A stretch of 62,958 bases of DNA, the filler included, from Octopus bimaculoides (taxonomy: Eukaryota): NCBI RefSeq assembly GCF_001194135.2. It is 3 parts of 3 records of this genome, joined end to end, with 100 filler letters (N's around TTAATTAATTAA, not from the genome) between each part and the next. Parts side by side here need not be neighbours in the genome. Positions count along the whole stretch, not along the records: positions 14,984 to 34,043 come from NC_068988.1; positions 34,144 to 62,958 come from NC_069000.1; 1 more part is not named here. One strand, 5' to 3'. The position numbers and the translations under genes are program-made. The notes beneath the pieces were generated by a model. That model saw only the letters and a list, made by a program, of their open reading frames with translations, did not search any database and was not told where the DNA came from. Below, in pieces: positions 24,301 through 35,770 of the stretch. How positions within the stretch are numbered: the stretch's first letter is position 1; each line of letters opens with the position of its first letter.

Positions 24301-25383
24301 GTGCGTAGCTCTGTTGATAGACACTTATTGCCTGTGAATTCCACAATTAACTAAGTTAGTCATTGAGAAAGTAGCGTTATATTATTCTGCTGCCAGCTCT
24401 CCATCGAACTTGGCCGCCGGCAGTTTTACTGTTAGCGTCACATAGTTTCTATGTACGGCTGAAGGGCGCTGACCCACATCTATGCTAACTTTGTGCCCTC
24501 CGGCGAACATTCGAGAAGCGTATAACAGTAATGGCGAAATTGCTTATTGAACGCGCCACCAATGTTGACACTATCTCTCAGTGTCAATTACTCACCTCTC
24601 TTCTTTCTCTTCTTATTCTCCCTAGTCTTCTTCTTCTTCTTTTCTTCTTCTTCTTCTTCTTCTTCTTCTTCTTCTTCTTCTTCTTCTTCTTCTTCTTCTT
24701 CTTCTTCTCTGTGACTCCTCTTTTCATTCCTTCTCACTCTATATTCTCTTTCTCTCCCTCTTTACTCCTCTTTCTCTCTTTCTCTCTCTCTCACTCATTT
24801 CTGTGGTTATTCCGAAAAACTCTCTTTCCCTCTTTTCTTTCCATATATATATAATAAATGTTTGTCTGTCTGTTTGTATGTATGTATGCATGTATGTGTG
24901 TAGGCAGGTATGCATACACAAATATACACAAAGACGTATATTTACCTGTGAACCACCTCCACTTCCGCTTCATCCTCTCTCCCCAGCATCTTTTTCGAGA
25001 CTCTTCTAACCAAGAAGAGAGAAGCCACCACGCGGTTGCACGAGATGTTAGAAATATGCGCAAATCTCCCGCAAATTACTCTCTGCCATCCTTAGGGGAC
25101 AGACGAGAGGGGCATGGAAGGAATGCCTTTGATCATAGAAGATTAGGATAACGACAGGTTTGTCTTAATCTTCTCGACTTGGATAGGCCTGGGGCTAAAC
25201 AATAACCATAGCAACAATCTATCCTCTTTCATCTTCCATCCGTCTCTCTTTCTCTTTCTTTTTCTCACCCCTTCCCTCTCCCTCTATTACAACGTCTTCC
25301 TTTGTTTCTTCCATTTTCCCAAAAACCTTCCTTCTCTTTGCTCTTTTTTCTTCTCCCTCATTTCTTTCTCCTCTCTCTCTCTC

Positions 25384-25451
<68 letters not shown>

Positions 25452-25531
25452 TCTCTCTATCACTTTTATTTTCTTTCGTTATTGTCTTTATCGATTTTTT
25501 CTTTCCTCTGTCTAAAGCATATTACTCTATC

Positions 25532-25619
25532 TCCGGTATTCGGGTACCCTCCTTCCGGTATTCGGGTACCCTCCTTCCGGTATTCGGGTACCCTCCTTCC
25601 GGTATTCGGGTACCCTCCC
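25532..25619. repeat. 22-bp GC-rich minisatellite, 4 copies (TCCGGTATTCGGGTACCCTCCT)
   Basis: Units start at 25532, 25554, 25576, 25598; only the last base of the final unit differs. Confidence 0.95.
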
Positions 25620-25657
25620 TCATGTACTAACCAATTTCAATCCCCGGTTTCGGTCAG

Positions 25658-25771
25658 CTCGTGGCTATGCCAAATCACGTGCCGACAAAATTCCCCCGGG
25701 AGGCATTTGATTGCGAGGCAGACTGCTGTGCTGCGCCAACCTTGACCAAAACGAGGAAGGGAGGAATAAAG
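25658..25771 (+). CDS. Candidate coding exon, (LVA)MPNHVPTKFPREAFDCEADCCAAPTLTKTRKGGIK, product unknown
   Basis: TACTAAC branch point 25625-25631; CAG acceptor ending 25657; donor AAG|GTAAGA; 114 nt; only one frame open; ATG at 25667. Confidence 0.45.
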
Positions 25772-25869
25772 GTAAGATGAATAGACGGATTAAGAAAAGA
25801 TAAGGAATTGCGCAACCAAATGTCCCCCTTGTTATTCCTTAATTAATATTGGTTTCAAATGTTGGTACA

Positions 25870-26050
25870 TGGCTAGGAATTTCGAGGAGGGGTTAAGTCT
25901 TTTACACTGACCCCTGTGCTCAATTGGTACTTATTTCATCGACCCGAAAGGATGAAAGGTAAAGTCGACCGCAGCGGCGTTTGAACTCAGAACTTCAAAA
26001 CGGACCAAATGCCGCAGACGATTCTGCCTGGAGTCCTAACGATTTTGCCT
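25870..26050 (-). mobile_element. SINE family B
   Basis: ATCGACCCGAAAGGATGAAAGGTAAAGTCGACC..TTTGAACTCAGAA. Confidence 0.85.
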
Positions 26051-26770
26051 TCGCTCATTAATTAATTTCACGCTCTATTTTCACCAAATGCTTACTTAAA
26101 AGCTTACGTATATTGAGTTGCAGCATTGCAACAGCATGTTATTGATATAGCAATGTCTGATCAGCATCATAACATGCACATACGCACACATGCGCGCGGA
26201 CTCACCCATACACATAGATATATGCACATACATACACACGCACATGCATACATACATACATACATACATACATACATACATACATACATACATACATACA
26301 TACATACATACATACATACACATATATATATGGAGATAGATAGATATAGGTGTAAAAGTTTTAGTAAAAAATGATATAGTCATTATATATATCTTTTTAT
26401 TTAAAAANNNNNNNNNNNNNNNNNNNNNNNNNNNNNNNNNNNNNNNNNNNNNNNNNNNNNNNNNNNNNNNNNNNNNNNNNNNNNNNNNNNNNNNNNNNNN
26501 NNNNNNNNNNNNNNNNNNNNNNNNNNNNNNNNNNNNNNNNNNNNNNNNNNNNNNNNNNNNNNNNNNNNNNNNNNNNNNNNNNNNNNNNNNNNNNNNNNNN
26601 NNNNNNNNNNNNNNNNNNNNNNNNNNNNNNNNNNNNNNNNNNNNNNNNNNNNNNNNNNNNNNNNNNNNNNNNNNNNNNNNNNNNNNNNNNNNNNNNNNNN
26701 NNNNNNNNNNNNNNNNNNNNNNNNNNNNNNNNNNNNNNNNNNNNNNNATATATATATATATATATATATA

Positions 26771-26900
26771 GGCGCAAGCATGACTGAGTGGTAAAAAGCT
26801 TGCTTTCCAACCACGTGGTTCTGGGTTCAGTACCTCTGCGTGGCACCTTAGGCAAGTGTCTTGTACTGTAGCCTCGGGCAGTGGATTTGGTTGACGGAAA
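26771..26900 (+). mobile_element. SINE family A head (tRNA-derived, CORE-like motif)
   Basis: A-box-like TGACTGAGTGG; B-box-like GGGTTCAGTACC; GCACCTTAGGCAAGTG resembles the CORE motif CCTTGGGCAAGT. Confidence 0.88.
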
Positions 26901-28062
26901 TATATTACACATATTTATGTCATGCTATGTGTGACGTATGTAAGTGTATAAAATTCAAAGATATTAGTTGCGATCTTACTGAAGTAACATAAAAGTTCTT
27001 CAATCTATAGGAGATCAATTATTTACGAGACTGAATGCGTTCACTACGGCTTTTCTCACTAAATCATTTAAGACTGACAACCTTCAGTCTATAGATTTGT
27101 TGTCCAGAGCGCTATAGTCATACTTATCGAAGCTCTCATATATTTAACATCATTAAAGAAAAAACTCCCTTGTATAGCTGTTGAGCTATCTTTGTACATT
27201 AACAGTAAAAACATAGACACCTTTCGCTTTTTTTTTGTTTTTGATTAGCATCTGGTTAACTTCGGACGACCAAGTCTATGATCGAAGCTTTTTTTCAATC
27301 ATAACTCTCCCAATTGTAATTCAAACACAGCATATCGTAAAACATGCTAACTTATTTAATCCATTGTGCTTCCTTACTTTAAGTATATCAGTCGTAATAT
27401 TAGGGATTCAATTGGTAATTCAAGAGGATTGATCAACCATGTAAAGGTTCCATCTTTGGTACGATGAGCTTTTTTAATTGTTGTTTAGATTAAAATCAAT
27501 CCTAACTGAATACACCTAGTATTAAAGGCGTTCCAAACATGACGAAACAATCTATCTTTTCACAATTGCAATCTAAGATTATATTGATTATTATTTAACG
27601 TGTCTGTCGTTTCCTGATGACAGAATATAATTTGAAGGTGATTTCACAGATCGATCGAAAATTTTGGTGTCTCAAATTACAGTGGATCCATATAGTTTCC
27701 ATATTTCTCTGAAATTAATTCAACAGTTTGATCCAAAAGAAGCGCACGCCAATTTTCCGTGAGCGAAATGTAGCTTCAGGCAGGTTGAGAGAAAAGTCGA
27801 TTGAAGCAAAATTGCCCTTGGTAACAAAGAATCCCCTGCGGCTTCATTTGAACCCGCGACCCCTAGGGCAAAGGGTTCGGCACATTATCAACTTTTGATA
27901 TAAACAGATGCAAATATGAAGGAAATTAGACACGTGTAGAAACATATAATAATGTCTGTAGTAATGCATATGCACACAATTCCGCACATACTCGTGTATA
28001 TATATACACATATATATATTTAAATATACACACATAGATACATATATAAACACATACATATA

Positions 28063-28142
<80 letters not shown>

Positions 28143-28305
28143 AACTTAGATACACACACACACACACACGCATATATATATATTAATAGATATGATATAA
28201 TTCTATTAGGTTGTTAATTATCTAATTAAGCTCGTCTAGCTTATCTGTAGGTCATCTATCTATTTATCCCTCTTCCGACATCACATTTTCGACATGAATT
28301 CTTCC

Positions 28306-28341
<36 letters not shown>

Positions 28342-28494
28342 GTCTGTCTGTCTGCCTGTTTGTCTGTCTGTCTGCATGTCAGTCTGTCTGTCTATCTGCG
28401 TGTCTGCCTGTCTTTATGCAAACATACATACATACATACATACATACATACATGCCGACAGACAGACAGACAGACAAATAGATAGATAGATACA

Positions 28495-28650
28495 TTTCTT
28501 TTATTAGCCACACAGGGCTCAACAAAGATGGGACGAATAAAATGTAGAGCTTTTCTTTTTAGGAGGGGGAAGGAAAAAAAGTAGGGGTGGGTGTCGATCA
28601 AAAGGGATCGTAGGAAGGAAAAAAGTGGGGAGTTCGATCAAAAGGGACCG
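28495..28650 (-). mobile_element. Probable retroelement 3' tail, similar to the tail of SINE family B
   Basis: About 37/47 identity by eye to 39362-39407; internal GATCAAAAGGGA duplication; no ORF. Confidence 0.45.
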
Positions 28651-28658
28651 AGAGAGAG

Positions 28659-28710
<52 letters not shown>

Positions 28711-28964
28711 TTTTATATATGTTTATCAATTCGTTTTGCATGATTCCTGATGTGAAATCGTGTGTTAGAACAGATATTGTTGTATTACGGGATGGTCATT
28801 TTATTTATCATTTTTTTTTTGCCAAATAAACATACGTTTGTGTCCTTGTTTGTGTGTGGATACAAACGCATGCGCACACAAGGTTACACAACTTAGATGA
28901 ACAGAATGGAGTAAGTAGAGCAAGAACACACACGGAAACGAAAAGTGTGACGAAATATTTCCGG

Positions 28965-30415
28965 ACATTGAACAGGCGTTTCACCTTAATATTTATATCT
29001 GCAGGGCAGCTGACCTCTATGATGGTACATATCTTTGCTCCTCTGTCCCAAACAACAATATCCGGCCTGTTATGTTTACATTTTGATGGGAATATTCCAC
29101 TAATATTCCTTGAGTTGGTGTTTATGAATGCATTACATAACAAAGGGATTTTCTAAGTTCATTTAAGGACAGTCTTTTTTGCGGATGCAATTGAAAATTG
29201 TTTTAGCAAAAACATCGTGCCGCATAGGGAGGTATTACCGTGACGACATTTTCGGACAGCTGCTAATCACATGCGTAATGTCTTCCACAGAAACATGACA
29301 TAGCCTACACATGCAGTTGCATGTTGCGATTACTGACTCTCTTGTTCACCATGTACTTTGTGGTGATCTCCTGTTCCTGGATCGGAAACACATAGCCATT
29401 AAAGTGTGATGTGTTGTAGTGGTCTTGTGTCCAAGAGAAGCTGTGCTTCGTGTCAATTCTACTGTCTTCTTCAAGCTTCCGGGCAACATACCCAAGCATG
29501 TTCTTTTTTCTTTTTTGTATGTTTAGTGCTTTCCATCCAGGTCTTCTCTGAAGTAAGAGAGCCCAGATGTTTTGGGGCTGTATAGGAGATCATCAGGAAG
29601 AGAGTGTTTCTTGAGAAGGACTGCATTAACATATTTATTTTTGCTGCTGTTGTTTAGCAGGTAACGCCTGAGTGATACCATACGGCAGTCGAAGGCCGTC
29701 TGCACTGATCTCAGGCCTCTACCACCTTCATTTCTTCTTAGGTAGAGCCTGACAACATCACTGTTTCTGTGGAAGTTTCTAGTTGTTGTCAGGATTTTGC
29801 GGGTTTTGATATCTATGGAGTGGATTTCCTCTACAGACAAATCAAGTATCCCAAATGTTGGGATCAGCACTGGTACTGCAAATGCATTGTGGGATATTGT
29901 TTTGTTGTAAGAGGAGAGTTCCGGCTGCCATATATTCTTAAGTCTAGTGTAATATTCTCGGGTCACTCTATCTTTAGTCACTGTGATTTCATACGATACA
30001 TTTTCGTCTTTGCCTAGGTACTTGTTGGGAGATAAAGGGACCGTTGATGCACAGGTTTTGGGATTTGGGGGACTGACTTTCCTCGTTCTATAACCAAATA
30101 TGAACATTTCTTTTGGCTAAATCAGCTGAAAATGTTGCTATTAATTCCAATTGTTTTTTGGCATTGTTAACACTTTTAGCATAAATCTTCAGGTCGTCTA
30201 CAAAGAAATTATTAGTTACATTGATATTTCTGACAGTTGAAGATTCTAGCATGTAACCACGTATTTTCTGCAGTAGGAACGATAATGGATTCAGTACCAA
30301 AATGAAAAGAAGTACAGAAAGACTATCTCCCTGGAGTCTTCCCTTTGTAACGCCTCTACGATTAGAAACAATTATTTTGCTCTCAGTTGTAAGGGTAAGA
30401 ATAGTTATCCACACC
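28965..30415 (-). mobile_element. R4/Dong-type LINE relic (RT domains 4-7, thumb, RLE)
   Basis: LQGDSLSVLLFILVLNPLS; NNFFVDDLKIYAK; DVVRLYLRRNEGGRGL; FPIQEQEITTKY; KHNRPDIVVWD..IIEVSCP. Confidence 0.93.
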
Positions 30416-31203
30416 TTTTTGAATCTCTCTGTTACAGCAATTTAGTAGGTACCTTTGTGTATGTGTATATATATGTATACGCACACTCACACACACACAC
30501 ACACACATANNNNNNNNNNCATATGTATATGTGTGTGTATATATATATATATATACATACATATTTATGTACATTTGTATGTACATATGTACATATATAC
30601 ACACATAAATATATACATATATATACATATATATACATACATGTACACACGCACGCGCGCACGCACACACACACACACGAACACACACAGATATATATAG
30701 ATAGATAGATAGAGAAATGGGCAAACAGAAAGAAACCCTCAACCACAATTGAAATACAACGACCAACGAAACAAACCGTTAGAATTGAACAGCGGAGTGC
30801 CCTAATCGATCTCCATAGCATCTAGCTGAACAACCAGTTAATGACCGATCGAAGATGGTAGGGAAAAGGCGAAACAAAAATATTCGATAGAAGTCAATTC
30901 TTACTTTTTTAATAAAACTCTACGCCGACTACAGCTTTCTTGTTTTCTATTGTATATTAAGTTAAGTTCGTCACTATGCCAATAGTTTGAGAAAGCCCTA
31001 GGCTGAACAATTTCAGTACATGTTGTCTGATCACGTGCCAATTGCTTCAGAGTTCATTTTGACTCACAACTTAGAGGTCAAAGATGGCGGCCATAATTAT
31101 ACACATATAACTGTTGGGCTGATATTATTTTTTTCATAGGAAATGTCTTTACAAAAGCCGTTGTCGTTTCTTTTAGAAAATATTATTATTAAAAAATAAA
31201 GAG

Positions 31204-31236
<33 letters not shown>

Positions 31237-31353
31237 GTTGTTGTTGTTGTTGTTGTTGTTGTTATTGTTGTTATTATTATATGTTTGACTTTTGCTTTGT
31301 ATTGTTGTTATAATCATCATCACCATCATCATTATAATCATCATCATCATCCC

Positions 31354-31435
<82 letters not shown>

Positions 31436-31510
31436 TAGACGGCGAGGGGGAAGAAACGTTAGGATGCCGGGTAAAATACGTCGTAGCATTTCGTCTGTCT
31501 TTACATTCTG
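31436..31510 (+). mobile_element. SINE family B 5' fragment abutting the LINE 3' UTR
   Basis: GGCGAGGGGGAAGAAACGTTAG..CATTTCGTCTGTCTTTACATTCTGA. Confidence 0.7.
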
Positions 31511-32411
31511 AAAACAAGAAAATTATGAGTTTGTTTTAAAATTTCAGATTACATAGACAGTATTTTACGTAGGATATGGGCAGTTCCCATTAACAGTATT
31601 TCTTGAATTTCTGCCATTTTGGGGTTTCCTGGTATCTGAGCTAGGTAGCAATCAGCCCCTTTTGCTATCATTCCTAGGGCACATATGACAACAGGTATTG
31701 TTTTAGTTTTGCGGTTCCACATTTTGCCAATTTCTATTTCAAGATCTTTATACTTGTTCAGTTTTTGGTAGGTCTTGACAGATACATTTATATCGATTGG
31801 GACAGTCATATCAATGAGGACGCATGATTTTTGTCTGAAGTTTTTCAATATAATGTCTGGCTTATTTGCATCTATCTTTCTGTCAGTTTGAACGGTGAAG
31901 TTCCAGATACCAGCACTGGAAGTGGTTTGTATTCCCACAAGTTTTTATCATGGGGCAGGTCCAGGTTTTTGCAAATTACCCAGTGAATATATTCTGCTGC
32001 TCTATCATGCCTGTTGAGATAATCTNNNNNNNNNNCTGCTGCTCTATCATGCCTGTTGAGATAATCTGTAGGCGCAAGAAGACTGCACATGGAGACAACA
32101 TGATCAATGGTTTCATTTTGTTATTGACATATACGACATGTTGGGAAGCTACCGTTCTTTAATATGTTGGCCTGGTAGTTCCTTGTAGGTAGGCATTGAT
32201 CTTGGGCTGCTATGATGAGCCCAGTTAATGATATTGAAATTGTAAGTCACGATTAGTATGGCTAAAGCATTGATCGCTTCGATCCTATTTCTTGCATTCA
32301 GCTCTGTCTTGAGTATTGCACTTACCCTGCGATAACATTCTCTTCTGATCCTTTCCCTAAACACTGAATGTTTGATTCTGTCCCCTTCAAATACCCCTAT
32401 GTATTTGTAGC
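31510..32411 (-). mobile_element. 5'-truncated, internally deleted R4/Dong-type LINE (second subfamily)
   Basis: YKYIG..ELNARNRIEAINALA; YLNRHDRAAEYIHW; WNFTVQTDRKIDANKPDII..LIDMTVP..KYKDLEIEI..IPVVICALG..GTAHILRKILSM*; (AAT)n runs on both sides. Confidence 0.93.
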
Positions 32412-32437
32412 TATTATTATTATTATTATTATTATTT

Positions 32438-32786
32438 AGAGAGCAGTGCATGCCATCAAAGTGACACTGCGATAAAATATACGAAGCCCAGTATACCCAT
32501 CATGACTACCCGTCTGCTAAGGGTACAACAGGCACATGCATCACAACCATATGTGCACGACATGGTGATCACATATCAAGGTAAACAGCGCAGGACCCTG
32601 CAGGTGAGGCCCAGTTAGAATTCTCTTTACGTCAACTGGTTAAGGTCAAACAACTGATAAGCAAATCTGTGGAATATTCGCAGTAGCCCACCTTTTATAT
32701 CAAGACAAAACAACGTACAGGATAACACTTCCAATCAGTTAGGATCAGGGCCATGAGAGCCACTGCCTGCTATACCATCAGGACAT
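32438..32786 (-). mobile_element. Family C element, internally deleted copy
   Basis: Both ends match 11150-11880; lacks about 190 bp of the centre and lacks the NUMT. Confidence 0.85.
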
Positions 32787-32810
32787 TTATTACTACTACT
32801 ACTACTACTG

Positions 32811-32869
<59 letters not shown>

Positions 32870-33068
32870 GTTGTTATTGTTCTTCTTATTATCATTATCA
32901 TCATCATCATCGACACCATCATTATTGATGCCTTTGTTATTACGTTCAATGCCATTTCTCTTCCACTTTTAATCTTTCACATTCTCCCACTCTTAATCTG
33001 TACTTATACTCTCTCTCTCTCTCTATCTATCTCTCTATCTCTCTTTATCTCTCTCTCTCTCTCTCTCT

Positions 33069-33102
<34 letters not shown>

Positions 33103-33184
33103 ATCTCTCTCTCTCTCTCTCTCTCTCTCTTTATCTCTCTCTCTCTATCTCTCTCTTTATCTCTCTCTCTCTCTNNNNNNNNNN

Positions 33185-33283
<99 letters not shown>

Positions 33284-33396
33284 CTTCCTGCATATGCGCG
33301 CGTGATTGTGTTTGTATGTGTGTGTTTGTATGTGTGTGTGTATGTGTGTGTATGTATGTGTGCCTATGCATCTGTGACTGTATGTATGTGTATTAC

Positions 33397-33431
<35 letters not shown>

Positions 33432-33455
33432 CACATATATGTATATATATATATG

Positions 33456-33493
<38 letters not shown>

Positions 33494-34087
33494 CATACAT
33501 TTGTATATGTGTAATTTTTACTGCCTCCACTGATTGTTTTATTAATATTGATTATAAATTTGTTTTTGCTTTTGCGAATGATTGATGAGTGTATGTATGT
33601 ATGTATGTATGTATGTGTGGATGGATAAGTGTTTATATGTGCGTTTGCGTCTGTGTATGTGCGTATATACGTGCATCTCTGGTGTTGTTCTTGCTTCTGT
33701 TATTGTAAAGAATGATTGGCGTCTGTGGTCGCATCGTTGTTTTCGTGGCTGTTGCTGTTGTTATTGTTGTTGAAGGTGGATATGGAAATGTTTTTGTTAG
33801 AAAATGTGTGATATCGCGGCTTCGGTGATTTTGTTCATTTGTATGTAGATACGCATACGTGTGTGTGTGTGAGATATTATATGTGCGTATTATTCTAAAT
33901 GTGTGTTGAAAGAGGAGGACCATTGCTGTCCATGTGATGATTATTATTTCTTTTTGCGTTTGGCGTCGTGGAGTTAATTTTGTTAGTAGTTCGGTGTTCT
34001 TTATCTGTATTATATGATATATATACATATATATATATATATANNNNNNNNNNNNNNNNNNNNNNNNNNNNNNNNNNNNNNNNNNNN

Positions 34088-34099
34088 TTAATTAATTAA
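34088..34099. other. Artificial assembly linker TTAATTAATTAA
   Basis: Embedded in an N run, same as 14928. Confidence 0.9.
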
Positions 34100-34143
34100 N
34101 NNNNNNNNNNNNNNNNNNNNNNNNNNNNNNNNNNNNNNNNNNN

Positions 34144-34190
<47 letters not shown>

Positions 34191-34659
34191 GTATGCATAT
34201 GCATATGTATATATGTATATATATTATGTTATGTATGTACGTATGCATGCATGCATGCATGCATTTATATAAGCGACAGAAACATATAAACAAAAGTGTA
34301 TATTGCACCAAAAACAAATATGCGAGTTTCTCTCATGGTAACTACCGCAGTATAATTTGTTCTAGCAGAACATCCATGTTTAAGTGAATACATATGGATA
34401 TATATATATATGCAGATCAATAACAAAAGACGAACTCAAAAACAACAGGAGTCCGATGAGACGTTCATTGGGAATATTTGTTAGTCGAAGGAAAAAGCTT
34501 ATGAAATGGAAATTAAGAGTAAAAGTATGTCGCATGCGTATATTGCAACGGTTAAGCTCAACATATTCAACCGAGTTTAATACATTCAAATATATGTAAA
34601 GCGAAATGCTTAAGATTGCTCAAGTTTTAACAAATAATCTTTTCTAATTTAGGCACAAG

Positions 34660-34790
34660 ATCCGAAATTTTGAGTGAGGGTGCCACTCGATTAGATCGAC
34701 CCCAGTACGCAACTGGCACTTAATTTATCGACCCCTAAGAATGAAAGGCAAAGTCGACCTCGGTGGAATATGAACTCAGAACGTAAAGTT
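34660..34790 (-). mobile_element. SINE family B
   Basis: GATCGACCCCAGTACGCAACTGGCACTT..AAGGCAAAGTCGACCTCGG. Confidence 0.87.
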
Positions 34791-35499
34791 TTAACAAATA
34801 ATGAAAACATGCCGCAGTCTATGCGCATTTATGCTCTGGTTTTGCTAAAGGTTTTTGTTATGGTTTTTTTTTTAATTCTTTTATGATAACAGAAGTGTCT
34901 TTTCTTAATAGTACTATATTTAACAACGTTCTAAAGCAGAAATTTTAGTAAATATCTTTTGCTATTTCAATAGCTGATTGTTAACGAAAGAATTTAACAA
35001 GCACCAAATTTAAATTGACCTGAGTATAACAATGAAGGTTTTAAAACAACTAAACAGATTACAACTATTATTTGGAAGGACATTCATGTACTCAAAAAAA
35101 GGTATTAGGTGCCTAATATGATTTCTTACATGTAGAAAACGCTACGAATATATAGTGAAATGATATAGTCGATTGAAGCAACCAGCTACTTAACTGGTAT
35201 GGGTGTCAGTAAATAATTTAAAGTGTGAACAACGTACGCAAAGCATTCTCAGTTAAATGAAATTTCCCGTTTAGCTGGAGAAAAATCTAACGCTAATTGT
35301 TAGCGACCCTAAAAGAAAAGGGAAGAGATTTTCAAAAAATTAAGGATAAATTTCACTAAATTATTCTGTATATTTAGAGAAAAACTTAATCTTAGTTTGC
35401 AAGCAAGGAGACAAGCAAGGACAGTTTTGCTATTATTGGACATCAGCAGTATTGAATTGCTTGGTCAAGCTTTATTTGATCAATTAACAAAGCAATTTG

Positions 35500-35770
35500 T
35501 ATAACCAGCTGAGACAAATAATAATCTCTGCTCCTCGCATCCGGTAAGGCCTATTCTGCCTCCGTTCAGGTATTCCCGATGCACTCGTCTCTCTTCTCTC
35601 ATTCTCTTTGTTGTGTCCAGCTTCCAAGCCCCACCCTGGTCACTACTCCCTGTATGTCCTTCCTAGAATGTCATCGCTCAGAAATTCCTTCCATGCTCAT
35701 GTCTTTTCCCGCGTTTATTGACTTGCAATGGTTCAAAAGCATCAATTTCACAAGCCTCGCCAACCCTCCG
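35500..35770 (+). mobile_element. CR1/L2-type LINE 3' end fragment
   Basis: LPPFRYSRCTRLSS..VQLP..HYS..LPRMSSLRNS.HAHVF..IDLQWFKS; parallels 45480-45700. Confidence 0.65.

Noticed and set aside
23574-24308. 244-aa Y/I/M/C/V-rich ORF and similar HT/YI/CV ORFs throughout
   Set aside because: Translations of (TA)n, (CA)n and (TACA)n microsatellites
24531-24600. MAKLLIERATNVDT resembles the end of an ankyrin repeat
   Set aside because: Upstream in-frame residues lack the TPLH/GH motif, a stop lies 15 codons upstream, and the frame runs into (CTT)n
25532-25619. Regular short repeats suggestive of a CRISPR array
   Set aside because: No spacers, no cas genes, animal genome; a plain minisatellite
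31994-32067. 32-bp direct repeat around a 10-N gap
   Set aside because: Contig-overlap artefact
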